64,000 nucleotides of DNA from the human T2T-CHM13v2.0 reference genome, Homo sapiens. The translations under genes and the position numbers were made by a program. The notes under the pieces were generated by a model that was not told the origin of the DNA, searched no databases, and worked only from the letters and a program-made list of their open reading frames with translations. Below are positions 16,078 through 29,600 of the stretch, one piece after another. The DNA lies in assembly GCF_009914755.1 (NCBI RefSeq), contig NC_060925.1. The stretch is one strand, 5' to 3'. How positions within the stretch are numbered: position 1 is the stretch's first letter; every line of letters begins with the position of its first letter.

Positions 16078-16640
16078 TGTGTTAGTCTGTTCTTGCACTG
16101 CTATAAAGAACTACCTGAGACTGAGTAATTTATAAAGAAAAGAAGTTTAATTGGCTCACGGTTCTGCAGGCTGTACAGGAAGCATGGCTGGGGGGCCTCA
16201 GGAAACTTACAATCACGGTGGAAGGTGAAGGGGAAGCAGGCATGTCTTTCATGGCTGGAGCAGGAGGAGGAGAGCAAACGGGAAGGTGCTACACATTTTT
16301 AAACAACCAGATCTCATGAGAATTCACCCACTATCATGAGAACAACAAGGGAGAAATCCACCCCCATGATCCTGGTCACCTCACACCAGGCCCCTCCTCA
16401 CATTGAAAAATACAATCATCCTTTCTCAACGGTCCCCCAAGTCTTAACTCATTTCAGGATTAACTCAAAAGTCCACAATCCAAAGTCTTATCTGAGGCAA
16501 GAAAGTTCCTTCCACCTATGAGCCTGTAATATCAAAAAACAATTAGTTACTTCCAAGATACAAAGGGGTACAGGCATTAGCTAAATACTCTCATTCCAAA
16601 AGGGAGAAATTGGCCAAAACAAAGGGACTACACTCTACAC
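16078..16640 (-). mobile_element. MaLR (MST-type) LTR plus adjoining internal fragment
   Basis: 'tgttagtctgttcttgcactgctataaagaactacctgagactg' LTR end, followed by 'aaagtcttatctgaggcaag..ttagttacttccaagatacaa' internal sequence. Confidence 0.8.
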
Positions 16641-16699
16641 AAGTGCTCCCTCACTGGTAATTAAGAAGAAATTCTATCTATTTATTGTCCCTCTTTTCT

Positions 16700-18035
16700 C
16701 ACATTCCACATCAAGCCCATTAAAAAATCCTGCTGTATCTACTTTCAGAGTATCTTTAGAATTCTACTTTTTTTTGCCTTTCCCACTGCCACCACCTCGA
16801 TCCAAGCCTCATCTCTCACTGTAGTATTGCCATAGCCCTTCTGTTCTCCCAGCTTCCAGCCTTAGTCCCCTAGAGCCTACTCTCATCTCAGCAACCAGGT
16901 TCATGTCATATGGTGTACTGCCTCTGCTCAAAATCCTCCAGTGTCACCCACCTCACTCAGAGCAAATGCCAAAGCCAGAATGATGTGGGCCTGCTGTTCT
17001 CCTAGTGCTCTGCTGCTTGCTCACCTTCTTGGTTATCCTCCTACTCATCTTCTTGTTCTTCTTCTTGCTCACCTCCTTGCTCACTCTCATTGCTTATCTA
17101 CTTGTTCTCCTCCTTGCTTACCTTCTTGCTATTCTGCATGCTTTCTGTTCTTGCTCACCCTCCTTTCTCACCTCCTTATTCTCCCCCTTGCTCACCTCCT
17201 TGCTTACCTCCTTACTCTCCTTACTCATCTCCTTGCTTACCTCCTTACTCTCGTTGCACACCTCCTTGCTCATTCTCATTGCTTACCTCCTTGCATGTTC
17301 TCCTGGATCACCTCCTTGCTCAACTCACTGTTCTTTTCCTTGCTTATCTCCCATCTTCACCTCCTTGTTCTCCTCCTTACTCACCTCCTTGCTTATCTCC
17401 TTACTCTTTTGCCCACTTTTCTTTCTCTCCTCCTTGCTCACCTTCGTCCTCTTCTTCTTGCTGTCCTCCATGCTCTCCTTCTTGCTTTCTCTCTTTGCTC
17501 TTTTCCTTACTCACCTCCCAGCTGTCCTCCTTGCTCACTACACTCCAGCCCCAGTTGATCTTTTTGCCATTCCTTGAGCAGCCACACTCCCACTCAAAGC
17601 CTTTGCACTGGGTTTTTCCTCTTCCTGAATCGCTCTTCCCCTACATATCCATGAGGTTTCCTCCTTTTCTCTCTCCTACCCTTTCTTCAGGCATTCACTA
17701 AAAAGTCACTCTTTCAGTGAGACCTTCCATGATCACTCTACTGAAAATATTAACTCCATCTTCCAACAGCCTTTCATATTTCCTTCCCTACTTTATGTTT
17801 TCTTCTTAGCATTATGCAACCTAACATTATACTTATCTAATTTACTACACATTATACTTACCTAATTTACCACCCATCTGCCCAACTGGAATGAAAGCTG
17901 TACAAAGACAGGGATGTTCATCTGCTTTGTTCACTATCTTATCCCCAACACTAGAATAGGACCTGCCATATAGCATGAGCTCAAGAATATCGGTTGCACT
18001 GAAGGATGAATGCATGAAAAGGTGGATGGATGAAT
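16700..18035. mobile_element. L2 element containing a pyrimidine-rich expansion
   Basis: L2-like 'ctctgctcaaaatcctccagtg..cacctcactcagagcaaatgccaaa' and 'cactacactccagcc..' flank the repeat; tgaatgaa-like tail at ~18005. Confidence 0.65.
17005..17540 (+). repeat. Degenerate ~12-mer (CTCCTTGCTCAC)n pyrimidine-rich repeat
   Basis: Repeated ctccttgctcac/ctccttactc words; stop-free in all three plus frames. Confidence 0.8.
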
Positions 18036-18329
18036 AAACAATGGAAAAAGAAACTTGACTTAATTAGTAGCTACATTATGAATAACCACAAGATGGAGAC
18101 ATTCATTAATAAAATGTTATCCCTCTGTTTTTTTGTTTGTTTATCTGCTTCTTCCTGTCTGTATTTGTGTGTCTTGTTTACCTCTGTTTCGCACTATCTG
18201 TTCATATCTGTATGGGGCATGTGTGTGTCTTTTCTTCCCTTTTTTATTTTGTGTCATTTCTTGTAGAGTTGGTTATATTTTTCTTTCTCTGTCCATGTAG
18301 TCTGCATTTGGCAATACAAAATAAAAGTC

Positions 18330-19537
18330 AGCACTGAAATTTATTTTGCCAAGGTTAAGGATGCATCCAGGAGACAGGTCTGTACTTATCTCCAAAGATG
18401 ATTGTGAGGGCTTCAAAATTTAAAGGGGGAAAGACAGATACTGGGGAAAGAGGAAAAAATGTTTTAAAGTGTGGGTAAATAGGAGGCAAGCAGTGGCATG
18501 CTTTCGAGTCTTTGATAAGCCCTTCACTTGTGAGAAGTAGGTAGAGGAATAGTCACTTATGCATTCATCTGGCTCAATTAATCTGCATTTTTATATAATA
18601 TAAACATAAGGCAGAATGTTGGGGTGATCAGACCCAACACCAGGTCACGGGAGTGAGAAAGTCTGGCAGAGTCAAAGGACTGAGAAAAAGACAGTTGGAG
18701 AAGTAAAGTGGGACCACGGGACCATCACAATTGTGGAGGCTGTGAAGGCCCGGAGCTCTGGGAGCCCAGTGCTATTTATTGGTAATCCAGCAAAGAAACA
18801 GGTGGTAAGAATGTGGAGGCTGAAAGGGCGTGTTGCATTAAGCACATGATTTACAGCTGTGATGGTTTAGCATCTGCTCTGCTACTTGAGAAAATGGAGA
18901 GCAGGTTCTTTTAACTCAAGGTACTGTTGATCCTGGGAGGGCAAGGAGCAAGGAGCAAGGAGCCAGCAAGTCTAGACACATTCCAGAGCTGCGAGCCCTG
19001 GATTCTGTCCAAGCCATGAGGGATTTTATGCCCTGGGCTTAGATTATGGTGCATCAGGGTAGCCTTCCACCCATTAGCACAGAGCTTGGTGTTCCAAAGA
19101 CCACAAGGGGATTTAGACCCTGAACCCTGGACATGTTCCAGAGCTCTTTTACGTTATGTCAGATATGCAAGCCCCACCTCAGCTTCTCCCAACACTCAGC
19201 TTTTCCCAACACAGAGGAAGAAATCTGATATGCATTTGTCTCAGGTGGGCAGAAGAATGACTTTGAATTCTGCCCTTTGTCCCATACCTGTGAAGATACA
19301 CTATCAATTTACATTTTCAGGCTAAAATTCAGCAGAACTATTTTAGGGTAAAGGAATTTCCTAATGTACAAATTGTGAAGGAGGTATGTAGCTTTTCTTT
19401 TCTTTTTTTTTTTTAATCTTTGAGGTTATCTTATTTAGGAATAAAATGGGAAACAAATTTCCCTGATGCAGTTCCCAGCTTGACTTTTCGCTTTTGCTTA
19501 GTGAGCCCGGAGTCCTGAGATTTATTTTCCTTTCACA
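18330..19537 (-). mobile_element. MER4-group ERV1 LTR, interrupted by an ERVK-type LTR
   Basis: Right end is the reverse of tgtgaaaggaaaataaatctc..aaaagtcaagctgggaactgc. Confidence 0.7.
18617..19211 (-). mobile_element. Solo ERVK-type LTR (LTR14-family-like)
   Basis: TG...CA termini (tgttgggg ... cccaaca); reverse start tgttgggaaaagctgagtgttgggagaagctgagg; near-TSD cagaa/cagag. Confidence 0.65.
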
Positions 19538-19714
19538 GTTCCCATGTCAAAGTTGGACATGGATTTGCTGGAGTGGAGGCAAGAGGCACAGATACCAAAG
19601 GACCTTTGGGGCTGAGTGTTGGATGGGTCATCTACACAGATTTGAAAGGGGGCAGGCCTGGGGTTGGGAGAGCACCATGCTTTTGTCTTAGAGACCTGAC
19701 CTCTGAGAAGGATC

Positions 19715-20822
19715 GTCATTGACCCGAACTGGGGTCTGCCCACCCAGCTGGTAAGACCAGATATATACACTGAGGTTTGCAGCAGTAAAAAGGAAGGCAG
19801 TTATTTGCAGAGCACCAAGCAAGGAGGACCAGGAAGCTAATGCTTAAATCCTGACCTCTGAGGTGGCTTGCAGGTAATGGTTTTTAAAAGCGGGGTAGGC
19901 CAGCGCGGTGGCTCACGCCTGTAATCCCAGCACTTTGGGAGGCCAAGGTGGGCAGATCAGCTGAGGCCGGGAGTTCAAGACCAGCCTGACCACCATGGAG
20001 ATACCCCATCCTTACTAAAAATACAAAATCAGCTGGGTGTGGTGGCAGAGCCAGCTGTGGTGGCGGCGCCTGCAATCCCAGCTACTCAGGAGGAGGCTGA
20101 GGCAGGAAATCACTTGAACCTGGGAGGTGGAGGTTGCAGTGAGCAGAGATCGCACCATTGAGGCGGACGTTGCGGTGAGCCGGGGTCATATCATTGCACT
20201 CCACCCTGGGCAACAAGAGCGAAACACCATTAAAAAAAAAAGAAAAAAAAAAGCAGGGGTAAATTTCAGGAAAGCTACAGGCAAAGTTGTAAATCAATCC
20301 TGGAGGTTACACATTGGTTTTGACCTAAACGGGTGGGATATCTTGAAGTGGGGCTTACAGGTCGGGGTAGATTCTAAGATTTTCTGATTTGCAATGGTTA
20401 AAGAGTTTTGTTTAAAAATCAAACAAAAAAGAATATTAGTGCTGGCTCATGGGTATGACCTTCTCCAGGCCCCTCAGAAAGAAATTTCTAATGGCAATCA
20501 CAGTTCAGTCCTTAGTTCTCCCTTATCTGAGGTCTGTGTGTCTGCAGTTCCATTTTGTGGGGCTCCAGGTTTCTGAAAACTAGCTCAGGAACATATGTTA
20601 AGATATTATCTTTAATTTCTATGGGGAGCCAAACATCTTCTGGCTCTAGTTTCTTTGGCTATTGTTTTAAACTACTATTACCTTCTTGCTTATCAAATTG
20701 TTCATTTACTTTTCTAAGCTAGCTAGGTGCCTGGAATTTTCCTTGAAGGTACTCAAGAATTTCTTTTATGTCCATGCCTGGGGGACCCAGAGACCCCTAA
20801 GAGGGGTCCCTGCTCTGTCTCA
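19715..20822 (-). mobile_element. ERV1 LTR (MER39-like), interrupted by an Alu
   Basis: Reverse start tgagacagagcagggacccctcttagggg. Confidence 0.6.
19898..20252 (+). mobile_element. Alu with internal duplications
   Basis: Extra gtggtggc segment and a doubled 'gg..gttgc.gtgagc..gat' block; flanks aaaagcggggta / aaaagcaggggta. Confidence 0.88.
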
Positions 20823-21072
20823 GGATCCAAGAGCCAGAGCAATGAGGAGCCAGAAATTAGCTGCGGTCATCAGCCTTTGTCTGTGGAAAGCGAAGAACAG
20901 CCTCTACCTGAGATTACGACAGGGAAAATCGTTCCTCCCTTCATCTTTAAGCCCCTCAAGCACGCTGCATTATGTTCAGTTACCTGGAGCAATGGTCTAC
21001 ATTATATTTCGTACTCTTTTCTGCAGGAGGCAACAGAAGATTGGTTCTGCATTTTTGTCAAATTTCTTGTAG

Positions 21073-21376
21073 GGCCAAGCGCAGTGTGGCTCACACCTGT
21101 TATCCCAATGCTTTGGGAAGCCGAGGCAGGAGGATCACTTGAGGCCAGGAGTTTGAGACCAGCCTGGGCAACATAGACACCCTGTCTCTACCAAAAACAT
21201 AAAAATAAAAAATTAGTCAGGCATCATGGCGTGTGCCTGAAATCCTAGCTACTTGGGAGACTGAAACAGGAGGATCGTTTGAGCCCAGGAATTTGAGTTT
21301 ACAGTAAGCTATGATTGTACCACTGCACCCCAGCCTAAGCAACAGAATGAGACCCTGTCTTTAAAAAAAAAAAAAA
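21073..21376 (+). mobile_element. Alu (AluJ-like)
   Basis: 'ggaggatcacttgaggccaggagtttgag' and 'gaggatcgtttgagcccagg'. Confidence 0.9.
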
Positions 21377-21622
21377 TCTAGTAGGACATCATCCATAATG
21401 TTCAGAGTTCCATATAAAAAGATTCCTATAATCTCTCTCAAAAGTTTGTTCTGTTGATGATCTAAACTTGCTTTGTGTGTGCTAATTCCCTCTCAAAGAC
21501 AGCCACAGCCATAAATTAGTTTCCTGGTACAGTGACCCTCCCCTTCACCCATTGTATAACACAGCTTTGTAATATTTTCCTTAGTGTAACAGTTCCAATA
21601 GTCCTCATTTATAGATACCTTT

Positions 21623-22030
21623 TGTTGACAAAAAATATATATTTGAAGAGATTTTATTCTGAGTCAAATGTGAGGGCCATGACTCATGATGCAACTTCAG
21701 AAGGTCCTGAGAACACGTGCCCAAGATGCGTGGGTTACAGCTTCATTTTACATATTTTAAGGAGACCTAAGACATCAATCAATACATGTGACATATACAT
21801 TGGTTCAGTCCTAAATGGTGGGACAACTCAAAACGGGGCTCACGGGTCACAGGTGGCTTCAAAGATTTTCTGATTGGCCGTTGGTTGAAAGAGTTATGTT
21901 ATTATCTAAAGACCTGGAATCACTAGAAAGGCGTGTCTAGGTTAACATAAGGGGTTGTGGAGACCAAGGTTCTCATTATGTACAGAAAGCCTCAAAGGTG
22001 GCTGCCCTTGGAGGCAAGAGGTGGCATCTT
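21623..22030 (-). mobile_element. MER4-group LTR fragment
   Basis: 'gaaggtcctgagaacacgtgcccaag..atacatattttaaggagac..gacatcaatcaatacatg'. Confidence 0.65.
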
Positions 22031-22243
22031 TAACACATGTGATGCTGATACTTAGTTGGTGCTTGTTAATTTTTGTTGGTGAATGATTCTTATTCTTGAT
22101 CTAAGATGGCAATTTTCTGTTATTTGAGGCTTTCTATGTAACTCTTCAAACATGGAAAACAACATGGAGTACTATGTGATGATAGATTTCAACTTTAGGG
22201 GCAACATTTATTGATTTTAGACTTTTAATAGAAATCAGCTGTC

Positions 22244-22394
22244 AAAAAATTAGCTGGGCATGGTGGCGGATGCCTGTAATCCCAGCTACTCAGGAGGCTG
22301 AGAATCGCTGGAACCTGGGAGGCAGAGGTTGCAGTGAGCCCAGTTCGCGTCACGGCACTCCAGCCTGGACAAGAGCGAAACTCCATCTCTTAAA

Positions 22395-22430
<36 letters not shown>

Positions 22431-22440
22431 ACAGAAAGAA
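22244..22440 (+). mobile_element. 5'-truncated Alu (right arm) with (CAA)n tail
   Basis: aaaaattagctgggcatggtgg... followed by about 11 CAA units. Confidence 0.88.
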
Positions 22441-22899
22441 AGAGATCACCTGTCAAACCCCAAAGACTAATGAGGCAATGTGCCATAGTCAACATAAAGT
22501 TTTTATTTCAGCTAGAACTACTGAGATGAACAGGTCATGTAGAATCGGCCACACTCCTCATCTCCTCAAATGCTGGAGCATCTTCTGTCCCTAGAAATGT
22601 GTGCGGACAAGAGATTACAGGCTTGTTTTTTATTCATTATCACCCTCCCAAACGTAAAGCAATAGGCAACTATTCTGCAACTTCTCCTCAGTCACTGGTT
22701 CCCAACTCAGCACAAAAAAGCACTTTCAAAATTCCATTTTCTGACCTGAAGTTTCACCAATTGGGTGTCCCCAGTCTTTGAATTTTCACCTCCTCTAAAC
22801 ATTCCTGATTGTTGTGTAGAAATAGAATATATTCGGCAGCTCATGTACCCAACTTTTACACATGTGGATAGACTAACAGAAGCATGTAAACTAAGCATT

Positions 22900-23785
22900 A
22901 TTGGTTGTTATGACTGAATGTTGCCCCTAAAAATGTATATATTGAAGACCTAACCCCCAGTACCTCCAGATGTGACTGTGCTTGTGTTACTGGAAGGAGG
23001 GTCTTGAGTGAGTTGTCTGGGTCCTTGGCGTTTTGAACAAAGAATTGGACAAAATGCACAAAGTAACAAAGGAATGAAACACAGGAATGAAGTAGCAAAC
23101 GCAGGGATTAAAGTGAGAAAGCACTCCGCAGGGTGGGAGCGGGTCCCAGCAAGCCACTCAAGGACCCAGTTACAAGGTTTTCTGGGCTTCAAGTACTTCT
23201 TTTGAGGTTCCTATGGGTAACCCCTTATCTGGATGAAGGATTTGGTCTGTGGCTGAGGCTGAGGTGAACTGGCAACCTGTGCAGATGCAGGGATGGTCCC
23301 TGCTTGGCCCTCAGGCAGTTCAAGGCACTCTCCCTTTCGCTGTGAGCCTTGGTGGAGTGGGGAGGTGGTAAGGAGAGTAGCCTTTGAGCCTTTGTTATCG
23401 GTGTGGGAAGATGGGGTTTTTCCTTTGGGTTTAGCTGTAGGAAGTTTAAGTTAATTGGCCTTAGGGTCCCTGCCCCCAGACACAGGTGTTTTCCTTTTGA
23501 TCCAGCTTTATGAAATTATCACGAATCGGCCTCATATTCCCTGCCCCCAGACCTTGGTGTTTTCTCTTTTAGGAAGTTAGCACAAATTGGCCTCAGATTC
23601 CTTGCCTCTAGACCTTGGAGATTTTCCTTGATTTGGCATGAATTGGCCTTAAGTTCCCTGCCTCCAGACCCTATTTATTCTCCTGCCCCCAGACCCTATT
23701 CTCCTGCCTCATTTGGAGATAGGGTCTTTACAGGGTAATTAAGTTACAGTGAGGTTATTAGTGTGGGCCCTAATTCAATATGTCG
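22900..23785. mobile_element. MLT1A-like MaLR LTR split by a MER51/MER61-like ERV1 LTR (22985-23711, minus)
   Basis: 'ccccagtacctccagatgtgactgtg | tttggagatagggtcttt' is interrupted by an element whose reverse start is tgaggcaggagaatagggtctgg. Confidence 0.65.
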
Positions 23786-23799
23786 ACAAAAAAATTATG

Positions 23800-24560
23800 A
23801 ATGTTGTTATGTTGTTTTCATAAACGTTTGTGTACAAGTTTTTGCGTTTACATGTTTTCAGATATCTGGGGTATATACCTAGAAGTGGAACTTCTGAATA
23901 AGATGGTAGCTCTGTTTAACTTTTTGTAAAATTGCCAGTGTTTTACAAAGTAGCTGCACTATTTTATATTTCCATTAGTGTGCAGGGGGTTTTGCATTTC
24001 TCCACACCCTCACCAGCATTTGTTATTGTCTTTTTCCTTGTAGCCATCCCAGTATTGGGCCCCAGGACAAGATGTGCTCTGGTGGTGGCTCCAGTCCCAT
24101 TCCTGAACGTGCCATGCTGCAGCAACCTGGGTCCTGGGCCACTGGGGGAACCCAGCATAAATTCTTTCTCTGGAATAATAAAGTCATATGGACTCTAGGC
24201 AGCACCCTCTACTGCACTTAGGGACTGTGAGCAACCTTGGGCTGTGAGGTATGAAGTATCATCTCGTTGTGGGTTTTTTTTTTTTTTTAAGACAGGGTCT
24301 CACTCTGTCACCCAAGCTGGAGTGCAGTGGTGCAATCAGCTCACTGTAACCTCAATCTCTTGGGTTCAAGCGGTCCTCCTGCCTCAGCCTCCCAAATAGC
24401 TGGGCCTACAGGCACACGCCACCATTCCTGGCTAATCTCATTGTGGTTTTGATTTGCATTTCCGTGGTGGCTAATGATGTTGAGCATATTTTCATGGGAT
24501 TTCTGGCCATTTGTATATTTTCTTTGGAAACGTTAACAGTCTTTTGTTACCTTTCCTTTT
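23800..24560 (-). mobile_element. Old L1M fragments with an embedded L1 5'UTR piece (24050-24250) and an Alu monomer (24273-24436)
   Basis: 'ctcattgtggttttgatttgcattt', 'ccacaccctcaccagcatttg'; reverse Alu arm. Confidence 0.65.
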
Positions 24561-26642
24561 TACTTTTAATGGCTAAACACAATCTTTTCCCTTTTTAAGC
24601 TATTTAAGAAAAGCAACACCTTAAAATAATACAACAACAATTAGATGAAACTGAGGTCCAGATAACTCTCCTTTGCTGATTCTATTCTTTGTACTCAGAA
24701 GTGCCAGTGTTCATGAAGACCTGTAGTCCCCACATGATGAGAGGCAAAAACATGAGAATTATTAGTTTAGGTCACATTGTACACTGAGTTTTGTGGTGGG
24801 TGGTTTTTATCTTATTTAGGGAAGTTTAAAACAATCTTATTTAGGGAAGTTTTCTCTTATTTAGGGAAGTTTATTTTATTTAGGAATGTTTAAAAAAGTT
24901 TAAAACAATTAGGGAAGTTTAAAACTACATATTTCATCCTACTGACAGAGTTAAGCTTGCTTCATCTGCCTAGTGTCCTGAAGAAATTTCACAAGAGGTT
25001 ACGAGAAAATGTAGTTTCAAAACCAGCAACGGCAGCAATATCCACAGCCGGTTATGGAGATTTTAAGCTTTTGTTTGAAAACCAGTTTCTAAAAATGAAT
25101 CCAGTTGCAATAGCGTATGTATTTTAAAGAGAATGATAATTATATAGGGCAGTAGAAGAAAAGCTGGAAAAAGAACACAACAAACTTGAATGTTGATGCA
25201 ATTTCATGCTGCTCTTCATTTATATCTTTGTATCTTATAAAGATAAAATAGGGAGATATAAATAGGGAATCAAAAATGTACATAGTTGAGTGAAAATTAA
25301 GCATAAGCACAATTATTTAATGTGTAGAGTTTGTGTTTGAGATTGTGAAAATGTTTCAGAGATGAATAGTAGAGGTGGTTACACAACGTGGTGAATGTAC
25401 TTAATGACACTAAGTTATACACTTGAAAATGGTTTCAATGGCAAATTTTATGCTATGTATATTTTGCCACAATAAAAAGGTTTTTTAAGAGTCAGTAGCT
25501 CAAAAGAAGACAGAGAGATCAAATGGCTAGAGATGCCTAGCACTCACCTTCTCCACAAAGAAGGACCAAAGTAACAAATTGATAAACACACATTGACTAG
25601 AATGTCTAAGGAAGAACACTGGAATTCAGCAGATAGTGTTCAAATTCAAAGAAAAGAAACTTTGAGGCACAAAAACTCAGGATGACAGCATAGAGAGGTA
25701 AGCAATGCAGCCTACCGAGATGTGCTTGGAGCCAGGAGGGACTCCCTCCCCATTGCGGAGAAAAGGTTAGCAGGAGGTCCCCAGAAGTCTATATTTCCAC
25801 CAGACACCTGCAGTCATAGCTACAGGAGAGCCCTCAGCCCTCACAGTCCCTTAGTCTAGTATAGGGTACTGCCTAGAGTCCACATGACTTTACTACTCCA
25901 GAGAGAGAATTTATGCTGGATTCCCCCAATGTCCCAGGACCCAGGGCTGCAGCATGGCACCATTTTGGGAGTGGAGCCATCACCAGAGTACATACTGTCC
26001 AGGGGCCCAATTGCTCCTTCATCTCCACATCCATCCCTGGGGTCTCATCCACATCCCACCACAGGTACCCAGAGTGTTGCTGCATAAAGACACAACTGAG
26101 ATCTGTTATAGCTGTGCAGCTGTGACCCTGGCACCTGAGCCCATGCAGCCCCTTATACCCTGTGGAGCCAGAAGACTGGTGTGTGTGCTCCCCAGACCCT
26201 GAAAGCCACCTGCCTGGGCTTTTGCTGCTTCTGCTGCAGGACACATCCACTCTAGTGGTAGTGTCATCTCACACCTGCACATACTGCCCAAGGGCTAAAG
26301 GAATGGCCTGCCCAGAGCCTGCTACCACCAACACCAGCACCCATGAATGCCACCAATGGGATGAAGACTGACAGTAAAGGGATGGAAAATAATATTCCAT
26401 GCAAATGGAAATCAAAAGCATCCAAGAATAGCTCTATTTATGTCAGACAAAATAGACTTTAAGTCAAAAAACATAAAAATAGACAAAGAAAATCATTAAA
26501 TAATGATGAAGAAATAAATTTAGCAAGAAGGTATAACAATTATAAATATATATGCACCCAACACTGGAGCACCAATGTAAAGCAAATACAATTAGATCTA
26601 AAGGGAGAGATAGACCCCTAATGTAATAATAGTTGGAGACTT

Positions 26643-29600
26643 TGTGAAAGGAAAATAAATCTTGGGGCCCCAAAATCACTAAGCTAAAGGGAAAAGTCAA
26701 GCTGGGAACTGCTTAGGGCAAACCTGCCTCCTATTCTATTCAGTCACCCCTCTGCTCACTGAGATAAATGCATATCTGATTGCATTTGGTCTTTGGAGGG
26801 GCTAGTCAGAAACTCAAAAGAATGTAACCATTTGTCTCTTATCTACCTATGACCTGGGAGTTCCCTCCCTGCTTCGAGTTGTCCTGCCTTTGCTTCGAGT
26901 TGTCCTGTCTTTCCAGACTGAACCAATGTTCATCTTACATATGTTGATTGATGTCTCATGTCTCCCTAAAATGTATAAAACCAAACTGCGCTCTGAGCGC
27001 CTTGGGCACATGTCCTCAGGACAACCTGAGGCTATGTCCTTTGTGTGCATCCTCAACCTTGGCAAAATGAACTTTTTAAATTAACTGAGACCTATCTCAG
27101 ATATACAGGATTCACATTTTGTTAACTGTGGAGGGATTCTGAATGGAGATGCCCCTTGACCTTTGAAAAATCTCCTATTGGTGCTTGGTACCCGCATGAG
27201 CTAACTTTATGGCTCAAACCAATAGGACAATTTGCTGAGGTCTGGGAGCACCCCCTCCAGATGATACAGGAGCTAGAAAGAAATTATTTAGGCAGTTAAT
27301 GAGGGTAAGAGAGTCCTTAGCAAGGTTTTGCTTTTAATAAAAAGCAGACCCCAAATCATTTCTTTTCTAACAAAGAGCAGCCTGAAAAATCAAGCTGCAG
27401 ACATGGAAAAGCAAGCTAGAAGCTTGCATGGGTGAGTGCTGGCAGTTGTGCCAATAGGAAAAGGCTACCTGGGGGCCAGGCATGTTCAACATGGAGGCTC
27501 CATCTTCCCTTTTCTCTTTCAATCACATGTACAGTAAAGGAACAGACAACATGGTGCCAGCCAGGTAGGGGACCCATCTGCATAATAAAAGATTAGGATG
27601 GGGCTGCCAGCTTCTTTGTGTGCTATGTAAATGGCACACCTGCTCCTCCCAATCTCTCGTCTCCTGTGTAAATCACACTATGCCTCCTCAAGCTAATCCA
27701 TAAAACCACATGCATTTCATCACGAAACCAGAAGACCCACTTGGAACCCCTTCTCTCTCTGGAGAGAGAGTTTTTTTTCTTTCTCTAGCCTATTAAACTT
27801 CCACACTTAACTTCACTCTGGTGTGTTTGTGTCCTTGATTTCCTTGGTGTCAGGCAACAAACCTCAGGTATTACCCCAGACAAACAATACTGCTTCACAG
27901 AGAATACCTGATCTCCCAAAATTTGGTTAAGATCTGAAGTTTATTTTGCCGTACAACTCCATTTTTTGAAGTTTTACTTGCTTCCAACAAGGAAGGCAAG
28001 ATTTCTTGCTTCCATGATGATGGAAGGCAGGTAATTCCTCTATGGAGTTGGAGCTCGCTCCCAACAGGGAAGATGAGTTTGAGTTTTATTCCTGACTCTA
28101 GGATGGTAGAGGCTGTCTTCAGCCTGAGACCCATCCCTAAGTAAGTTAACAACCAGCTGTTCCTAATTTCTCTTTACCATTAGAGTGCCCAGTAATCATA
28201 TTGTTGGGTTTTTTTATTGTTTTTTCCAGACTTTCTTCCATCAGATTTGGTCAAATCTGAGTGAGAATTTCAAATTTTGGGTAACAAAGCCTCTCTAATT
28301 TGGCTAAAATTCCTCTCCACTGCACAGGAAGGGAAAAAAACAAACACGTGCTTGGTTTCTGAGCTTGCTTCCTGTCTTAGAAAACAAATATTTTTTCATT
28401 CACTTTTCTTTCACACTATACCTCCTTCCCCCTTTGCCATATGCAGTACTACAAAATCTAGAGAAGACTTCTAGTGACTTGAACCCCTTTAAAGAATTCA
28501 GAACAAAGGCACCATTCACCCCTTTGGGCGTATTTTTTGGTAAGAAGCTTAAAGAGAAATAATTTTATATGAGAAAGAATCTTGTATGGTATATTTAGTC
28601 CTAGAATAAAATGACTGGTTGTTTAAGGAAGAGGGATATTCAGGAGAAAAAAAAAAAAAAAAAAAAAAAGAATTTGAACGTTCAAGCATGTCGTGAATGG
28701 TCTGCATAAGTGACAGTAAGAGGATTTACTTAAAAAAAACTGTTATATGATCAAGTTGTCTATTAATTAAAATAAAATTATGATAGTCTATCTAGAGATT
28801 GGGCTTGAAGTAAAAAAAGGAAACACACACTAATTAGTTAGAATGATAAAATTTTCTTAGGGGATTGATTTACTCTCAATTATGAAAGAATTTAATTTTT
28901 TTAACCAAAAGTTCAAATTTTATTGCATCTTGCCATTTTGGTTTTCTCTGCAGTTTTAAAGGGTGAGAAATAGTAATGCTCTCCAGCTCATTTTTCAGCT
29001 TATATAAATTCTTTTCCTCAAGTTCTGTTTGTTGAGGCCTGATGCTAACAATGTTTTCTTAAAGGTCTAAAGGAAATGTTTTCTTCCAACAGAATACTGT
29101 ATGCAGTACAGCAGGTCTTTTCTTTTGCCTTTTGGTAATTGTCATAACAGATTTTAGGGTTTGTGAAAGCAATTTCTATGCTATTATTATTATTATTAAG
29201 TTTTTGTTTGCTTAGGGGAAAAACCAAAATTAAAAGAATTTTTTTATTTAAGGTTATTACATTTGTGTATCTTTCCGTATGGGCTTTTAGAGTCATTGTG
29301 ACATTGAGTTACAGAGCTTTGACTCCTGGGTCTAAAAAGGACACCAAGTTCTGCTAAATCTTAAACACTGACAGGAATTAAAGCCTCATCTTCAGGCCTG
29401 GTAAAAGAAGCCAATCAAAATAAACTGCAATCCAGAGACATAGGGCCAGAAATTAAAGCTATTCAGCTCCTTAAGGCCCAGGGGCTATCATGGAAGAGAC
29501 AGGCATGTGAGATTGTAAGGGGTGATTTGAAAGATAAAACAAGTTTAGTTTTTCTATAAATTAATCCTTAATGTCAAAGTCACACTGATGCAAGACCGAC

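Noticed and set aside
16941-17701. Leu-rich ~200 aa membrane-like ORFs
   Set aside because: Low-complexity pyrimidine repeat that lacks stops by composition.
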